A stretch of DNA of 64,000 nt, taken from Saccostrea cucullata. Lineage: Eukaryota. The notes beneath the pieces are model-generated. The model worked only from the letters and a program-made list of their open reading frames with translations. It had not been told where the DNA came from and made no database searches. The stretch covers positions 62,001 to 126,000 of the forward strand of contig NW_026930996.1 in assembly GCF_032062105.1 (NCBI RefSeq). Direction: 5' to 3'. The translations under genes and the position numbers were made by a program. Numbering within the stretch: the first letter of the stretch is position 1; the number at the start of each line of letters is the position of its first letter. Of this stretch, positions 61,661 through 64,000 are shown one piece after another.

Positions 61661-64000
61661 TAAATTTATGAGTTCCAAGTCGGAAGTCAAGCAGATCAAA
61701 ATTAAAATATTTTCTATTAAAAAATTTTAATAATTAAATAATTAATAAAAAAAAAATACAGAGGATTGTAAATTTGATTTAAGTCAAAGTCTGTTTCATG
61801 ATCCTGGGGCCCGGCCAGGAAAGGCCGCAGGTTATCATATTTCATCGAGTAATAGTACAAAAAAAATGTTCAGAATTAAAAAAAAAAAACCCAGGATGTG
61901 TATGATGTAGGTGCAATGCACTCTTTAATTCTCAGAAATGTTTCAAAACAAAACTATAAGCAAGCACTAAACCACAAATGAAGATGAGGCATGTAATTTA
62001 TGGCATCATGCGTGACGTCGACAGTCGCGTTCATCAATGCATTAATTCATCAATGCGTTCCAAATCTTTCTCAGTCAATTTTTATTCTAATCAATAAGAG
62101 TCTTGCCTTTCTAAATCAATGTTTGTCGTAATCAATAAGGGTCTTGAAAATCAGCCCAAAATACATGTCCTGATGCTATATATGTACCTCTATTTCTTAC
62201 CATCATGTAAGTATGAACATAGTTAAAGATGGAAAGGCTGGATAAGGTTTCAAGTCAACAAAAAAGCGCCCTATTGGCTGATTTAAGAAGGAATATTAAA
62301 TGGATCACTATCAATTCTCTGAGGAAATCATTAAAGATTGGAACAAATATCGGAATTTGTTTCTTTTTACCAACTGTATGCCAAAAACAACCTTTTTCGT
62401 CATAAAGGGAATATGAATTCATTGCGGATTGTTCATTATAGTATCTTACAAAAGAGCGTTAAATGCTTTCAGATACTTAGATCTTGTTCAAAATTTAAAA
62501 CAAAATAAATTCCTTGCTACAGTTTAATTTGAATTTTACAATTTCTCATTATTTTACAGAAAAAACAATAATTTTTCAACATTAAAACAATTGGGAAAAA
62601 AGGAGAACAGGCAATTTCAATTGCTGCTTTATTTAGCGTTTGTGCTGTTTGACCTCTGGCTGACCTCTGCTACATGTAACGTCGCAGGTCCTTATCTCTC
62701 AACATCTCATAGAGTTCTCTCAATGGCGCCTCATGTATGTCGATACAAAGGGAATCTCGGCAAAATAATCCAAGCAATTGGACAGAAAGGACGCCAATTA
62801 AAAAAATATCCATCCAGACTGCCCCGTGGTATACATCTTATTTCCATTATATGGCTGCGGCACTACTTCTGCACCGTTAAATCTTTTTTTTTATAAGGTC
62901 GTTAAAAAGCTGCTAAATCCCTTTCTGAGGACGATAGAAAATTCCATCCAAGTGTGTACTGATAAGAGAGTTTATGAGACTTACTGGAAATAATAATTAT
63001 ACAAATTTCACTATATATTTGTTTTTTGATGACTGTGGAAACCATGATATTCTTGAGTTCTGCATGATGAACCATTTAACACTATGAGGAACAGAAGTAG
63101 CACAGGTCAAAGTAATGGCACGTTGCCCACTTTAACTTTTCGGACATCTTGTGCAAAAAAAACTTTAAAAATATGTTTCTCAAAATTTCTGCGACCGATA
63201 CATTTGATCTATATTTTCAAAGGTGCTCGTGGACACCCCCCCAAAAAATATTCTATATAAAGAATCCCAGATGGACAACCCAAAAATTAACATAGAGTAA
63301 AATAATCTACCTGTGTTTTTTTTTGTCTTCTTTCTTTCATTCATTTTGGGGGAAGAGGGGAGAAGACCTGATTTTAACATTCGTTAGGGGTAACATTTGT
63401 AGTCACGTGACCCATGTCTGTGACGTCTATCTAGAACGAGGAAATGGCGACAAATAAGACGGGGTATCGATCTGAGGAGAATTAGCGGTTAAAATGTAAA
63501 GAATGGGGCTGATTAGTTAAGAGGATTTGTGTACATACATGAGATGTTGCGTCCAGATTGATTTTATCAATGAAGCAAATTAATCTGTAATCGATGAGAG
63601 ATACTTGAGGAGAAAGCCTTTCCTTTGGACAACACGCTGATAAGATTTCAATCTTTCTAAAATCAGAAAACGTGGCATCTCCAATATATATTTTTATGCA
63701 CTTTTTCGGTACATAGACATAAGCAAAGATAATCATGTTTACTGAAGGTTGAAGCATGATTGTTAAGAATTATAATCTATAATTCTCATTCATTCATCCA
63801 TTAACAAGCTCAAGAAATAAAAAAAATCTCATTTTGCCAGATTGCGTTCTATTTCTATAAATACGGTCTCAAAAATCAGTTTAATTGTTGAAAAAGAAAG
63901 GCGAAGTGAAAGTTTCAGAAGTGTATTTTTTTTTTAATCGCTTTCTTGATAGATTACTCGTCACCGAATGTTAATTTTTTTCATCCTCATATTTTATGTC

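Noticed and set aside
63395-63460. Promoter with GTCACGTGAC, TGACGT and AAATGGCG motifs
   Set aside because: Similar motifs occur inside the mariner-like element at 47765-47800, and no downstream exon is identifiable, so a repeat origin cannot be excluded.

Overview
AT-rich metazoan genomic DNA, almost certainly from a bivalve and most likely an oyster (inferred from the repeat families). Genes: (1) a + strand multi-exon gene from about 8.5 to 30.7 kb encoding a long coiled-coil protein with a C-terminal MIEAP/SPATA18-type domain; (2) a - strand single-coding-exon gene for a 452-aa single-pass membrane protein (39070-40428); (3) the probable first coding exon of a - strand gene that runs off the left edge. 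Hand-assembling gene 1 gave an unexpected result: two upstream coding exons plus a third encode a 94-aa ORF whose TAA stop is followed immediately and in frame by the ATG of a 1053-aa MIEAP-domain ORF inside one exon (GGA-TAA-ATG, 12971-12979). This suggests a bicistronic stop-start or readthrough arrangement, but it needs transcript evidence. The rest is dominated by about 20 5'-truncated, degenerate copies of a Penelope-like RT retroelement that share a sharp 3' end and a foldable GC-rich 3' module. Also present are tRNA-derived SINEs, two Helentron-type non-autonomous elements carrying 156-bp and 168-bp satellites, several MITEs, a 55-bp minisatellite derived from the retroelement 3' module, and a perfect nested palindrome. 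Most short ORFs in the supplied track are repeat-derived or spurious. Exon models were built by eye with frame and phase checks only, and repeat boundaries are approximate.
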